From assembly GCF_000497125.1 (NCBI RefSeq), contig NC_090601.1:186001-250000 (forward strand): DNA of 64,000 nucleotides, in the 5' to 3' direction. The DNA is from Spironucleus salmonicida (lineage: Eukaryota). A program made the position numbers and the translations under genes. The notes under the pieces are model-generated. The model had not been told where the DNA came from and ran no database searches. It saw nothing but the letters and a program-made list of their open reading frames with translations. Positions 25,746 to 39,156 of this stretch are shown piece by piece (the stretch's first letter is position 1; each line of letters starts with the position of its first letter).

Positions 25746-27986
25746 TCAATCTTTGGATTAAGCATCTTCATTATCGAGCTTGTTACTATCTAGTAGTGCT
25801 ATTTCGTCTTCTGGAATACTAACTTTATTATTCTTAAATAATCTTGGACCCAGGAGGAATATTGCTAATAAAACAATTACTGCGATGACAACACAAGACA
25901 ATAGAATTATACCAATTATCATGCCTATACCAGTATCAATTTCCTCTTACAGTTATCTAGACAATCTAGGATCAACTCTTTCCTAACAAATAAAACTAAC
26001 ACCAGATTTAACTCTATACCATCCTAATTCGCAACCATATGGAACACAGTTATTATCCACAAATCTAGAAGTAATATGGGTATCAACATCAGTATCACAA
26101 ATATAACCAAATGTATTTATTTCTGCACTGATATCAATAGCTTTTTACACAAATATTGCTAATCCATCAGGACCTTACCAATTTCCATATATAGGATGTA
26201 TATCATACAATACTTTATCCACTTGAATAGAACGATATTCAAGTGGAATACCAGATTCTTCTAACGAATCAAAGCTAAATATACTTTAATGAGCAAAACG
26301 CTAAAATCCATCATGTGGAATATATAAAGATTTTAAAAAATTAAAATCATCTTCTGAAATACTAGGTGACTTGAGGTTTTTAATACTATCTTCAAAGGTA
26401 TTAGAATCCATAACAACTCCACCCGCAAATGAAGATACATCAAATCGATCTGAAGAACGTTTATATCCACCAACACCAACAGACTTAACATTTTTAAGTT
26501 AAACTAAATGTTTAGCAAAACATGAACATGTAGAGCCACAAAGCGCATCAGTAATAAGAATAATATTCTCAGGCGAATAGTTAATACCTTTAAATGCATA
26601 AATTTTATCTAAAATATCTTTGAAAGAAGGTTCTGCATCATCATCAGAAGCATAATTAATCGTGAAGTTATTTTTGGTTGGTGTTTCATACCATGTTAAA
26701 TTTTTAACATATTCTGGTTAAAATTAAAAATATGTATAAACTTCTCCAGTAATCCAATCAACACGATTGCTATCTTCAAATTCTGTTTCAGCTTACATAA
26801 GCAATTACTAAATTCTTGATTTTCTAATAGAATATCTTCCATAAATGGGATATTACTCAGGGAACATCATAAATGCAGTAAGATGTCCTAAACTAACCCA
26901 ACCACCACCATTACCTACTAATGATAGTATTAATTTTCCTTATTAAGTCTATTTAATAGTCTGCATTACATTAAATAAATCTTTTAGTGCTTAAACATTG
27001 TCAGGAGGACTAAAAGATTCAATAGATAATACTAAATCAGATTGGTAAGAATATAAAGTGAAAAACTCTGGAGACTACTAAATGATTGAAAATTAATCAT
27101 TTTATGACTAAGGGTGAGGTTATTTATAATCTAATTTCTTTAAAATATGCTCATACGTTTTATCGGAAATAATATGATTTGATGATAATTTTTTAACCAG
27201 TGACATTTCATATAAATTTTGAGCATCATTACTATCATTGATGACTTTATCTGTTGTTATAACATAGTAAATACTATAACTTGTACCATCTAATAGTTAA
27301 ACTGTCATCTTTTCATCAACAGTTTCAGGTAAGTTATAAACTTTTAAGTTTTGATAATACATATCATTCCCTATGAAAGAATTAAAGCAGCCATGATCGC
27401 TTTTACTAGAATAACAATATTTTCTTGCTTATTACATTAGATATTCTTCAACTTCTATTCCATTAATTTTGAATATTCTTTTACCCAACATTTACTCAAA
27501 ATTTTAGGTAAAGTCTAATTTTTTGTAACCATCATGAATACTCTAATCTTTAAATGGGAGTTTCTCAGTATACCAATAGCCATCATCTTTTTAGGTAATA
27601 ACCAAAGGAAGGCGTTTCTTGAAATTAGAAAAGAAAGAACTTTTTACATATAAGGTATGAGGATCTTTTAATTATAAAAATAAGGCACTTAATGCGGCAA
27701 AATAATCATAAGCAGAAGCATTTTAAGCCGCTTGATATTTGCTGCGAATAATAGCTAGTTTAGCATCAATATCTACTGCTAAATGTTAATATTCATATGG
27801 AGGATTTTTAGCAATATCTTAAAAACCGTGTAATTAGATCAATTCTTCCACTGTTTTTTAATTTTGTTCAAATATATCTTTGGTAAGTAAAGGATATTTT
27901 ATACATTCAGCAGCAGATTTAATAGGATATACCGCATTTATATCAGGCATACGACAAAGATCAATAGCGTATACTAAAATGATCAT
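25746..27986 (-). CDS. Membrane-anchored peptidase S41 (tail-specific/CPAF-like), 746 aa
   Basis: Short hydrophobic N-terminus MIILVYAID; LKDPHTLY; ILSLVGNGGGWV (DLRGNGGG-like); ITDALCGSTCSCF (catalytic-Ser region); SVGVGG; C-terminal TM IGMIIGIILLSCVVIAVIVLLAIFLL with a short tail. Confidence 0.8.
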
Positions 27987-28093
27987 TTTAAAAATAAATC
28001 ACTTAATCTGATTAATATTTATGGAATATATTAATATTACTTGTTTTAGTGATTTATTTTATGAATATGTTCTATAATACATTACAATGATTT

Positions 28094-28840
28094 TCATTCT
28101 ACGTTCATTAGTAAACTGCCATTTTAACATAAAAATGTTATATTATTTAAATCAGTTAGTGCTTAAAAGCAATCCATCATATTGGAAAGATTAGGCTTGA
28201 AATTATTTTTTAACCTAAGGGAGAAATGACCTATAATAATATTTTAAACATTAAGCCTGTCAACTAATTATCTTACAATTGTGTCATTTGAATGTTTAAA
28301 TTATTTTGCTTTTTCCAAATTAGTAAAAGTGCATTCACATATTAAATAATCTATAGGTACTGATTCAAGTATTTCCAAATTTGAATAATCTCCATCTGAT
28401 AGTATATAAATTAACTTATTTTTAGACGTTTCAATCCTAATACCATAACATTCAACCACATGAAATAGTTCTATAGTACTTATTTTGTAGTCTATATTCT
28501 ATAATATTGTATCAATCTGAATAATATTAATATTTACCTCTAAGTTCATTAATGAAAAAAAATTTGTAATAAATTATTAACTACCAGAAGGGGCATAGAT
28601 GATAGGAATTTGAAAATTATTATTAATATGATTAAGTATAATTTATGGTAACCCTGATATATGATCCATATGAATATGAGAGATGAAAATTGTATCTATT
28701 GATATATTGTTTAAACTGATAGCGGCACCCTCAGATGCATCAAATAGTAAGTTACTATTATTAAATTCTAAAAAATAAGATTATGTGTTTTAATCAGCTG
28801 ATACAAATCCTCCAGCTATACCTAAACATGTAAACCTCAT
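28094..28840 (-). CDS. Short RNase Z-like metallo-beta-lactamase hydrolase, 248 aa
   Basis: MRFTCLGIAGG, LFDASEG, FISHIHMDHISGL (HxHxDH), IYAPSG, FHVVECYG, LSD, CECTF, HSN and GHFSLR. Confidence 0.85.
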
Positions 28841-28956
28841 TTTAAGCAAAATTTATTATAGTATAAATATACCTCTTTATTATTTCATTGTTTGAAAAAA
28901 TAAAATTAACTGTATGCTAAAATATCATTTTAAAATTATAAAGTAGATTTCTAAAC

Positions 28957-30516
28957 TCAGAATATAAATCTTAGTACACTTAATATTGATACTAATTCAT
29001 TGTCTCTATAAGAATCTAGTATATATTTATTAAAAATATTATTATGATCTAGATTTAAAGTTAAAAATCTATTTTATAAAAGAAATTAGATTTGATTCCT
29101 TTTTTCATCTTAGTTATTATTATAAAAGCAAAAATCATCTTAATATGCTTCCGAAACGGTAATTGGAAATGTATGTTCAATGCAATCAATACCAATACAT
29201 TAATAAAATTTAATGTATTTTATAGATGGAAATATTAAACCAATTGATGTTACTTTATTAATAAATATAACTTTATTAAAAATACATCCATTCAAACAAT
29301 CTTTCTCCATAAAATTATAATTCTTATATAATTCTCCATTCAACTATTAATATTCATTTACTTAAATAAGGCCTCCTTAAACTGTGCATTAACATAATAT
29401 TAGTTTATCTATATCACCTTAAAGCTTAATACTTTAAGATTAATAAATTTTTAATTAATAACAGTTAATTACTTATATTTATACATCGGTTGATTCACTT
29501 ATTTCTATATATTAACAATCATTAAATGTTGCACTGATTAATTAATTAGAATTTAACTTTACTTCTACTACATTACTAAATGATACTTTACGTAATAAAT
29601 TGTTCTATAAATTTAATTACTCTAAGTACGTGAAAGTTTAATTTGGTAAAAACTCTAAAAGACGACTATTTTCTAAATTTAGTGTCTATAATTTTTCTAA
29701 AATTGGAAAATTATTGATATCTAAGTTTTACTCTGATTCGATAATTTCGTCATTTCTAGTCCATGGTATTGAAACCATATAACGATACGGATGCTCATAT
29801 TCTAAAACTGAATTATTAGTTCCATTCCCACTGAGCGAAAAATATCTTAAATTCTACATATTTTTCATGAAACTAAAAGAAAAAATATAATTTTAACTTA
29901 GATCTAAATACTCTAAATCTAACTACTATAAGAATTAACATTATGTCAGATTACAATTAATGAGTTTTACTATTTTCAGATTTTTATTAATAATGTCAAA
30001 CTGATGTGATGCAATTGGACAATTTATTATAATAACTTTCTGTAGTAAGGGATAAGTTGGGAATGTATCAAAGTTAGAGTCAATAGCATAAAAGCTAATC
30101 AAATTTGGAAATTATAAATTTTGCAACTCTGAAGTACTACAATCGGATATACTTAAATATAGTATAGAATTTGTATATATTGGCTATAATAAAGTCACAT
30201 TTTTCAAAGTAAGCTAGCTGTTTAATATTTTTTCTAAAAATAAAGAATTCTAAAGGATAATATTATTTAATACAATCGGACGATTGAATTTTATCAAATA
30301 ATCTTCTATATATTCATAGCCCTCATTTTAAAATAGAAAGTTATAGATTAAATCATAATCTACAAAATTAAGTTATTCATTAAATAAAAAAACTGGTATG
30401 TTTTTCTTAAATAATTTGACAATATTAGCTATTAAAACATTATTAGCTAAATATCCATTGGCATCCTTTAAATTTTACACCTAAATAATTTAGGTTATTT
30501 CAATATAATTTTACAT
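28957..30516 (-). CDS. Leucine-rich repeat protein, ~519 aa
   Basis: Open frame from ATG 30516 with LxxLxLxxN repeats such as LEYLDLSQNYIFSFSFMKNMQNLRYFSLSGN. Confidence 0.7.
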
Positions 30517-30558
30517 TTCAATAATATTATATATAATATAAATAATTGATAAATACTC

Positions 30559-33240
30559 TCATAAAATTCTCTATAGTTTTTTACCCTTTTTACTTTTACC
30601 TTTCTTTCCCTTGCCTTGTTTAGGAACTGTAAAGTCAAACATTTATACATTATATTCTGTTATCTTATTAATTGAAGTAGCTCCATTAGCTACTTTCTCC
30701 ATTCGCTTTATACTTGGGGCTAGTTAATCAAAATCAAATTATATAGACATTTTTATAGGAACTTATCCCATTAGAGCTTTATTAATTGAATCTTTATATT
30801 TAATTTTTAATGTTTCTATTAACTTATTAGCTAGTATCTATTAGTTTTTAATGAAATCAATTTTAGAATCTTCCTATTCAATAGCCGTTTTAAGATTGTC
30901 CAGTTCTAGTTAATGTAACTAAATTTGTTCCAAATTTTTATTATTTTATTCTACAAGTGCTTTTTCTGTTTCATCAAATTTAGTTTAAGTTTATAAAATA
31001 GACTATTTGTTATCCTCTTATTATTAAGTGTATTTCTATTCTAACGATACACATTTTAAATCTGCTTCCTTTATTAAATCATTGACTTATTCTGTCTACT
31101 AAATTTATTAATTACTTTTAAGCTATAAACTCTGATTTTATCTATAATTTTAATCATTACAATCATCTTTTTATGTCAAAATAGATGCAATATGATTTTA
31201 TACAATTGAGATCGACTTCATTAGAAAGTCTAACTCCTCTCTACATATTGGCAAACGTTCAGACTAACTTTTCATGTCTATAATACGTTACTTAAGTCTT
31301 TTTGGTGCATTCATAGTAATTTTAGATTTATTTTCAGATAATTTTTACTATAATAATTATATTGAAAAATGTGCAACCTAATTGCCTCTTAAATTAGTTT
31401 AAAGCATTCCATAGCTTTTAATGAGAAATGTACATCCTTTTTAACCTCCAACTTCACCCACAAAATTTTCTTCAAAGTTTAGTGAAATCATATTAGAGCA
31501 AACTGAAATAGAAAATGCTAATGCCACAAAACCAGCATCAGAAATTGAACACTTTGAAAAATCTAAATGTGTAATAATTGAGTTAACTTCATCCATTTTA
31601 TCAAGTTTAGGTATGAAATTTGGTTATGTTTAAAATTTTCGTAGACATATCTAATTAAAAATTAACGTTTCAGCAATTAATATTGCACCATTGTTTTGCA
31701 ATTTATTTCCACTCAAGTTTAAATAATGAATTTAACAACACGATTTTAATAACTATGAGACATATGATATTCCATTAACGGATATATTATTGTATCCTAA
31801 AGAAAGATGAGTAATACCAGAATAAATAAGACCTGATGCTGAGGACTATGATATAAAATTATCATCATGTGACTCTGTTAATGTTGAACCTAAAAATTCA
31901 GCCATTACCGTATTCGTAGGAAATGTCTATGTTTACTGAGGATCCGAAATTATTGCTGTTTCAAGATCGACTTAGGGTGTTTCATCTCCAAATGAAGTCT
32001 CAGCATCATCTTCTTAGACATTTTCTTACAAAAATTATTAAAAATTAAGCGTATCTTCTAGTTTATTAGTTTATTAAGAATGGCTAAAATTTCTTTTTGG
32101 TATTTTTTTTAGAATTGTGGATGATAATACACGCCCTTTATGATTGATGACAAATATTTTCTTATCACCCTATTCTTCTTATTATTTATTAACAATTTTT
32201 TCAAAAAAATCTGTCATTAAATCACAAAGTGATTCTGTAGCATTGACAGAATTATTAAGATCAAATTATGACTTTAACTAATCCCTATTATTTATTATAG
32301 GATGAGAGAGAGTTGCAGCTATTATAGCAACTCCATCATCATCTAGTGCACAATTATTTAAGCTTAATTTTTTTAAACTTTAATTTTATGATAATCCATA
32401 AGATAATGCTTTAGCACCTTCAACACCTAAAGGATTATCATCTAATGATAATTCGACCAAACCACATTATAAGTTTGATAAAATGTTACTTAATATTGGA
32501 ATAGAAAGAAACGTGATTCCATTACCATTTAAGGTCAATTTTTAAAGACCAATATTTTATGTTAACCCTCGAAAAATTGAAGTTGCACCTGTATTTTATA
32601 GGAGATTATACGAGATATCTAATGCAGTTAGTGTTTAATTTTGAGATAGCATAATTCCAAGTTGAGACGGACCTTCGTTAGATACACCTATACCGGCTAA
32701 GTTGTGAGACAATCCTAAATATTTTAAAGTTTAATTATGAGCTAAATTTTTGGCTATAAAAGAAATAGACTCAGATGTGAGCTAATTTATTAAAGCTGTA
32801 TTAATATTCTTTCTAACTTTTTAGAAAATATACCCAGAAGGATACCCTAATTCAACCGCTTCTAATCCTGACCCTTCTTTTAATATTTCTCCAAGTGCCA
32901 TAGCACCTTCATTAGTAATACCACAACATCCAACATTAATACGTTTCATTGTATAATGTCGCTCGGCATACTTTAATAATGCCATAAACCCTACATCTTT
33001 AATAGCATTTTCAAATAAATCCAATGTAGCTAGTTCTACTCCTTCCAATCTTTTTGATAACTATAATGTTGAGGTTGGTCCTAATCTTGCTCTTCGCAAC
33101 TATAGCTAATCTGTTGGAGATTTACGAGATATTTCTAATAAATATTCAACACCTTCTCTTGTAGGTTGTTCATCTGCATCTTTAGCGATAGCTAAATAAA
33201 TATCTTTAATGAAATCTGTTTATAGCCAGGGTTGAGTCAT
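30559..33240 (-). CDS. RNI-like leucine-rich repeat protein with C-terminal coiled coil, ~893 aa
   Basis: MTQPWLQTDF... with repeats LATLDLFENAIKDVG, INVGCCGITNEGAMALGEIL and LSLDDNPLGVEGAKALS; lysine-rich tail GKSKKGKKLQRIL*. Confidence 0.85.
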
Positions 33241-33412
33241 TTAAAGAAAAAATAATGCATCGTTTTTGATATATTATTATAGAATTGAAAATTTAATTAT
33301 ATTTTAACAAAAATAACCGCACTATAAATAATATTATTTTAAATACATATTATTAATATAGTTTATTATTATAAATAGTACTATTTATTATATAACAATA
33401 ATAAATTAAAAA

Positions 33413-36400
33413 ATGACTATAAATATAAATAATTTCTTCTCTGAGGTTTCATCTGACATTCTGCGGTTAAAAGCCTAAGATACAAAGTCAGATTATTTTT
33501 TATAGACAGAGGTACCTTTAGAGGTAAATACTGAAATTTTTAGAGCAGTTAGATGCAGACTTAATGTTTAACCAACCCCTAGCAAATATTCATATTTTGA
33601 TGGAAATTAAATAAGTGAAGGTTAATGCGGGAATGCAGAGCTATTAAGTCTATCCATGAACCCTTTAATTTTAATGAAACCTTCATAAACCATAAAAGCG
33701 CTATGCCTATCATTTACTAAAATCACAAGGTTAGATTTATCAGATTATGAGAATTTATAAACTTTTTCTGTAAAGGGCTGCTCATATTTGTAATCTATCA
33801 ATTGGTCTAGTTTTACTGGATTTGCTGATATACAATAAACTAGAATTTCTTTATTACCATCAACATAAAATATACGTTATGATAAAATTGACGACCGTTT
33901 ACAATATTCTATATTAAATCATAATAAATCTACATTAGAGTAAAATTTTGAGCTTATTCAAAAATATAATGTTTCATTATTAGTAAATATTTAATCTAAA
34001 CTAAAACTATTTTTATTATAAAACAAATTACTTAGTGATATTTATGACGTATAAAATGATATTTCTGATATTAATCTTATATAAAATTAAAGAAAATCTA
34101 ATCAATAATATATTTCTGCCACTGAGTTACAAGTAAACTAAGATTTATTTTTAAATAAAACCAATCTTCTTACCAACTTAAATGTATGCTTATAGTAAAT
34201 ATAAAAGTTTTATTAAGACATTTAATTTGAGTATTTTGTTAAAAATTTACCAATATTATCATATTTTAAAACTTTAAATATCAATGTATAGTAGTTAGAT
34301 AGATATACATACTCTATTGAAAATAATAATTTAACAGATATATCGATTAAATTATGTTTCGAGGATGTAGAAATTGCTAACGGAAAAATGATGTATGATC
34401 CTACAGAATTCCAAAATTACATAATAAATAATTCCAAAACCATATATGTTAAAATATAGAATCAAAACATATTAAAATTTATTGCGGAAGGATATTAGTA
34501 TAATTTCTCTACGTCTGTAACATAGTATGTTTTATCAGACAACTAAATGTAATTTTAAAGTTATGTTTAATGTAAATAAATAGCTATATAAAAATCTTAA
34601 GAGTATATATTAGTTCCAGAAATAATAAAAGTAGACGATTAACTTTTAAATTATGATAGTATATTACTTAGGTAATAGTCTATATTGCAGCAATTTGGCG
34701 AGCAAGGCGGTATGGAGACCTATGTACGATCTCCAGTTCTTTCCACGACAAATTTCGAAGAATCTGTGGCCGATAGACTTGTATACTCAGTATAGCACGC
34801 TTTAGATCTTCACAATATGTGTCCTACTTATCCAGACAATATTGGGGAAATACTTAGCTAGTTGCATGAAATACACTGCATCGACCTATCATATAATGAT
34901 ATGCAAACATTTTCGTTTGAATCTAGTGCTTTACTGGAGCTTAATTTATCTAAGAATAAACTTGTGAAGATAAAAGTAAATTGCCCTACTCTGCGAGTAT
35001 TGGATTTATCTTTCAACCAGTTTTCGTTTATGGCTATATTTTCAGGGATTTCTCAACAGACTAAAAATAGCTTGGAAGTTTTAAATTATAATGGCAACCT
35101 GTTTCCAAACCAGGAGTATAACGTGTTTACCTAAATTCTAAGATATTTCAAGAACATTAAGATGATAAATGGTATCCATGTTAGTACCATTACAAGTCTC
35201 ATAGAAAACAGAGGAATTACATCTATTGGTGTGATGTAATACAATTGTTGCCATGACTAATTGCATCAATCTAATGCTTTTCTGTAGCCGTTTCTGGACC
35301 AACATGCCGATGCTGTCAATTTGGAATACCAGGGGTTCCTTACTCCACCATTATAAATTCTTAACTAGGAAAACCTATTTGGAATACACGCGCCAGAAGT
35401 ATATAAGTTTTAGGTGTAGTTCCTGGCCAAGTTTACCGGCATAACTTAGCTCCGCATCCCTTTTTCAGATGTAACGCAAGGATAGCTTAAAAATATCAAT
35501 CTCTAGAAAATGATTGCGTTGGATATACAGAACTGTGAATGTGCACTGAATCCTAATACCATGCATAATCTGAAGGAACTTCACTCTGGTGCGATTACTA
35601 ATCTACCACCGCATATATAAATAGTCAATCTTATGCAGGCTAGTTTTAATTCTGAGTCACTACTGAATTTCAATAAGATAACACACTTACTAATAGACAA
35701 CGAAAAGGTTGAGGATTTCTTATATTTTCTTCCAGACTTAGGCCTCATCAACGACATGATCATTACAGAACCGATGCGATAGCTAAAAATTTAAGAGTTA
35801 ACTAGTCGGATTAACCCCCAAATCCTGAGAATACGGAGTATCTAGAACTATGTTCTGGATTTATCTGGGTTGGGATTGACAAGCATAGGCGTAGACCCGG
35901 GTATATAACACATAGTATCGGAGGTCCATACTTTAATTCTCACTGGCAACTAGCTATCTTCTCTCAGCGATCTTAGGGATTTTCCGAAAGTGAAGTATGT
36001 GGATCTCTCAGAAAACGACATCATTGATCCGTTTAACATATAATTAAACCATACAGCTCTAGAAACATTAATATTGAATGGAAATCCAGTTAAGGTCATC
36101 CGAAACAACGACTTCCATGCACCGATCAAGCACCTTCACCTCCAAAGGTCTATGCTGAAGTCTCTAGTACCTGCATAATTCGGATTTATTCCTTCGATAG
36201 TATTACTCGACCTCTCCCAGAACCAATTCCTGAATGTATCGAAAGATACCCTATCCAAACTCCCATGCCTTGTGGCGCTGGATATATCGTACGCCGCCAG
36301 AGATCTGGAGATTGCGCTAGCAGTTCGTTCCACCCTTCGTAGCTTAAATTGTGAATCATGCAAAATATCTAACATTTCTTAGATTGAGAACTTTGTATCC

Positions 36401-36745
36401 AAGGCTGGAAACCTGTAGGTGATCCGCTGTGCAAACAACCCGTTCTGCCTCAAATATTCTAAGCTATCAAAGAGCTACGTATTCGATATATTGGAATCGA
36501 ATATAGATCTGGTATGTATAGACGATACCAAAATAGAGCAGAGAGACCGAGATAAAATAATCGCCGCCCGAGAGGCTGAGGAGTGCGAAAGACAGTCTGA
36601 GATTAACACGATTGATATGGGAAACCCATAAATAAAACGTATCAGCAGTGCAAAGCCAGTACTGCAGCAACGTGCCATGCCATTGGGAGTGAATGGTCTC
36701 AGAATAACTGGGATCGGAGCCCCAAAGCCAGTGCTGAAGAAGTGA
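33413..36745 (+). CDS. Leucine-rich repeat protein, ~1110 aa, full-length copy
   Basis: ATG 33413, with the frame continuous into the duplicated arm (ILQQFGEQGGMETY...IHCIDLSYNDM...LELNLSKNKL...LRVLDLSFNQF...TLILTGNQLSSL); ends AAG TGA. Confidence 0.85.
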
Positions 36746-37685
36746 TACATAGAATATAAATATTTGAAAATCATACAATTTTGTATATGTCATCAGGATT
36801 GAGAAACACGGACAGTAGTAATCATTATGAAGAAGTGGAAACAGGAAATTCATTTCGATAAATATAATATTATAAAGGCATTATAATCGAAGCAACGGAA
36901 GTACTAACAGAAATTGTCACTCAGAAAGCTTCTATAGAATACTTACGCCCTTCACCAACTGCACGTTCCTACTATTGATCGCCACTGCTTCGATAGCATC
37001 GAGCCAGTAGTTTTTTAGCTGGAAATCACCAACATCAAATCCTTTCACCTTTCCGCTCAGCATGCCAATTACTTCAGCCTGCGCCATACCTATGGCCTTT
37101 TGCCCTTCTGCTTCCGCTTCTGCTATCATGACCATGCTCTGACTTTCACCTGTTACTAGCTGTATCTTTTCCTGGCTAAGCGAGTCAGCCATGATTTTCT
37201 TTATTTAGCGGTCAGCGTCAGCTTCTACTAATTTAGCTCTTCTCTCACGCTCTGCCAGTAACTGAGCTTCCATCGCTGTAACAATGTTTTCAGGGGGATC
37301 TATTTCGAGGATGTCAACTTCGATCAATAGGGCTCCCCAGTTTTAGATGGTAGAATGGATCTGGTTGAATACCTAGCGTCTTACCTCCTGTCTAGAGCAG
37401 AGGGTGTCATCCAATGTAATTCTTCCAATTATGTCTGAAAGTGTAGTTGATATTAAAATTTAGATCGAGGAGTACAGATTTTGTACCTCGTAAACCGCGA
37501 GCATGGAGTCCGTTACTTTGTATAGCGCCATAGGGTGCACCTCAAGCTGGACGTTATCACGGGTAATAACTGGCTGCAATGGCATATCCAGAACCTGGAG
37601 GCGCTTGTCAATAATGAACTTATCTTGGCCCTTGCGCTCGGTCACCGACTGCTGCACGTGATGGTTGCTGATGTTGAAGTGATAG
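34681..37685. repeat. Right arm of the ~3.0-kb inverted duplication (partner 22666-25670)
   Basis: Reverse complement of the left arm; the ORF track shows a mirror-image set of identical peptides. Confidence 0.97.
36917..37685 (-). pseudogene. 5'-truncated copy of the SPFH gene lacking the membrane anchor; first in-frame ATG at 37585
   Basis: Matches 22666-23434. Upstream of 37685 the frame is unrelated and reaches TGA at 37901-37903 with no ATG. Confidence 0.75.
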
Positions 37686-37991
37686 ACTGTTAATGAGATT
37701 AAATATATTTTAACTAAAATATTCTAAGTAAGTAAAGGAATATTAATACCGCAAAGATTTCTTTAAGTTTTAGATACAACACAATAATATATGATTTTAG
37801 TTTAGTACAGAGTTAAAATATAGCCAAGTAGACAATAAAAATGAATTAACACTTATAAATATTTATAAGGATTTAATAATATGTCAAACTATACTTTAAC
37901 TCAGAGAAAAAATATCTTAAATCAGTGTTGATATTCGATTAAACTAAATTTTATATATTATTATATAAATATAATATATTATGTAAGTAAA

Positions 37992-39140
37992 ATGTCCTTA
38001 ACATTTTAGCTTAAGTCTACATTAGAGTAAGAATCAGTTCCTGTTGATATTTATTACAGTAGAGGATATTTTAGTTAATAAAAATAATATACTATGCATT
38101 CTATTTTAGTTGATAAAAATATTCCTTCAAAGAAGGTATATTTGCCTATTACTGGAAAAGTTCACTTACAATAATTTGAAAATTTTAAAATTAAGTTTCC
38201 TAGATAATTTTCTTGCACAAAATAATAGATAAGTTTCTAAAAAGATATGGATTTAGCACAGTAAAAAGATGCTGTCAGATGTAATTATTTAAAACGAGGT
38301 AAAAAACTTGTTGTTATATTACCTGATTTTTATCATTTTGATGGAGGGTATATCAAGCATTTATAGAATCATTTACCTTCATTTATCGACGATAATTCAG
38401 TCTTAATCATTAATTATTTAGATTCTTTATTAAATGCTGATGAATATATTGATGAATTTTTCACAGTTCTAACTGATTAGATTTAGCAACTTATAGATAA
38501 ATTTTAGCGCCCTGTATTTATAATTTGTTAAGGATATTCATCTTGTTTAGCAAGAAATTTAGCAGATATATTTGGCGTGCCATATTTATAAATCAATCCT
38601 TATGGATATTTTAATACGTTAGAGTAAAAACAGACAAATAACATCGAATAGTCTTTAGATGACTCATTTGATTATGTTGATGATAGTAATCTATCTAAAA
38701 TAGCATAAATGGCTAATTTTCATCTAAGTTAGAATTGGAAATGCTATAAATAAACTAATCCTTCACACATTACTTATGATATTGATATTTCATCAATGTT
38801 AGTTTTATAATAAGAATAATATATAGATATAATATAGGATTATACTATTTTTTCAAATCCAAAATTAATTATTCCTCCTTCTGATAAAAGAACATTTAGA
38901 AGTATTGACATAGCTTTAACTAGACTAATCGAAAACAGGTGCAACAATAGTAATGGTATAACAATTTATAGTTTTCATAGTCCTTTTTTCTGCTCAGATA
39001 ATATTAAACGCAATAAAAATTGCTTCTATATCGGCTTTACAGGACATGATGTATTAATTGATAGTATCTAGACACTGTCCGATATCATGCAGGTTTAACA
39101 AAATTCCATCTCAAATTTAGATTTTTAAAATGAAATATGA
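37992..39140 (+). CDS. Hypothetical protein, 382 aa, possible divergent alpha/beta-hydrolase fold
   Basis: Open frame. LVVILPDF...PVFIICQGYSSCLA...GFTGHDVL loosely resembles a nucleophile elbow and a catalytic-His region; the fold is speculative. Confidence 0.6.
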
Positions 39141-39156
39141 GGATCGTTTATAGAAA

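Noticed and set aside
22658-37693. Inverted arms as termini of a transposon, with GCTGTTGA / ACTGTTAA as a degenerate 8-bp target-site duplication
   Set aside because: Only 6/8 match, no transposase is present, the arms consist of host gene sequence, and the SPFH frame runs through the left junction, which an insertion would not produce.
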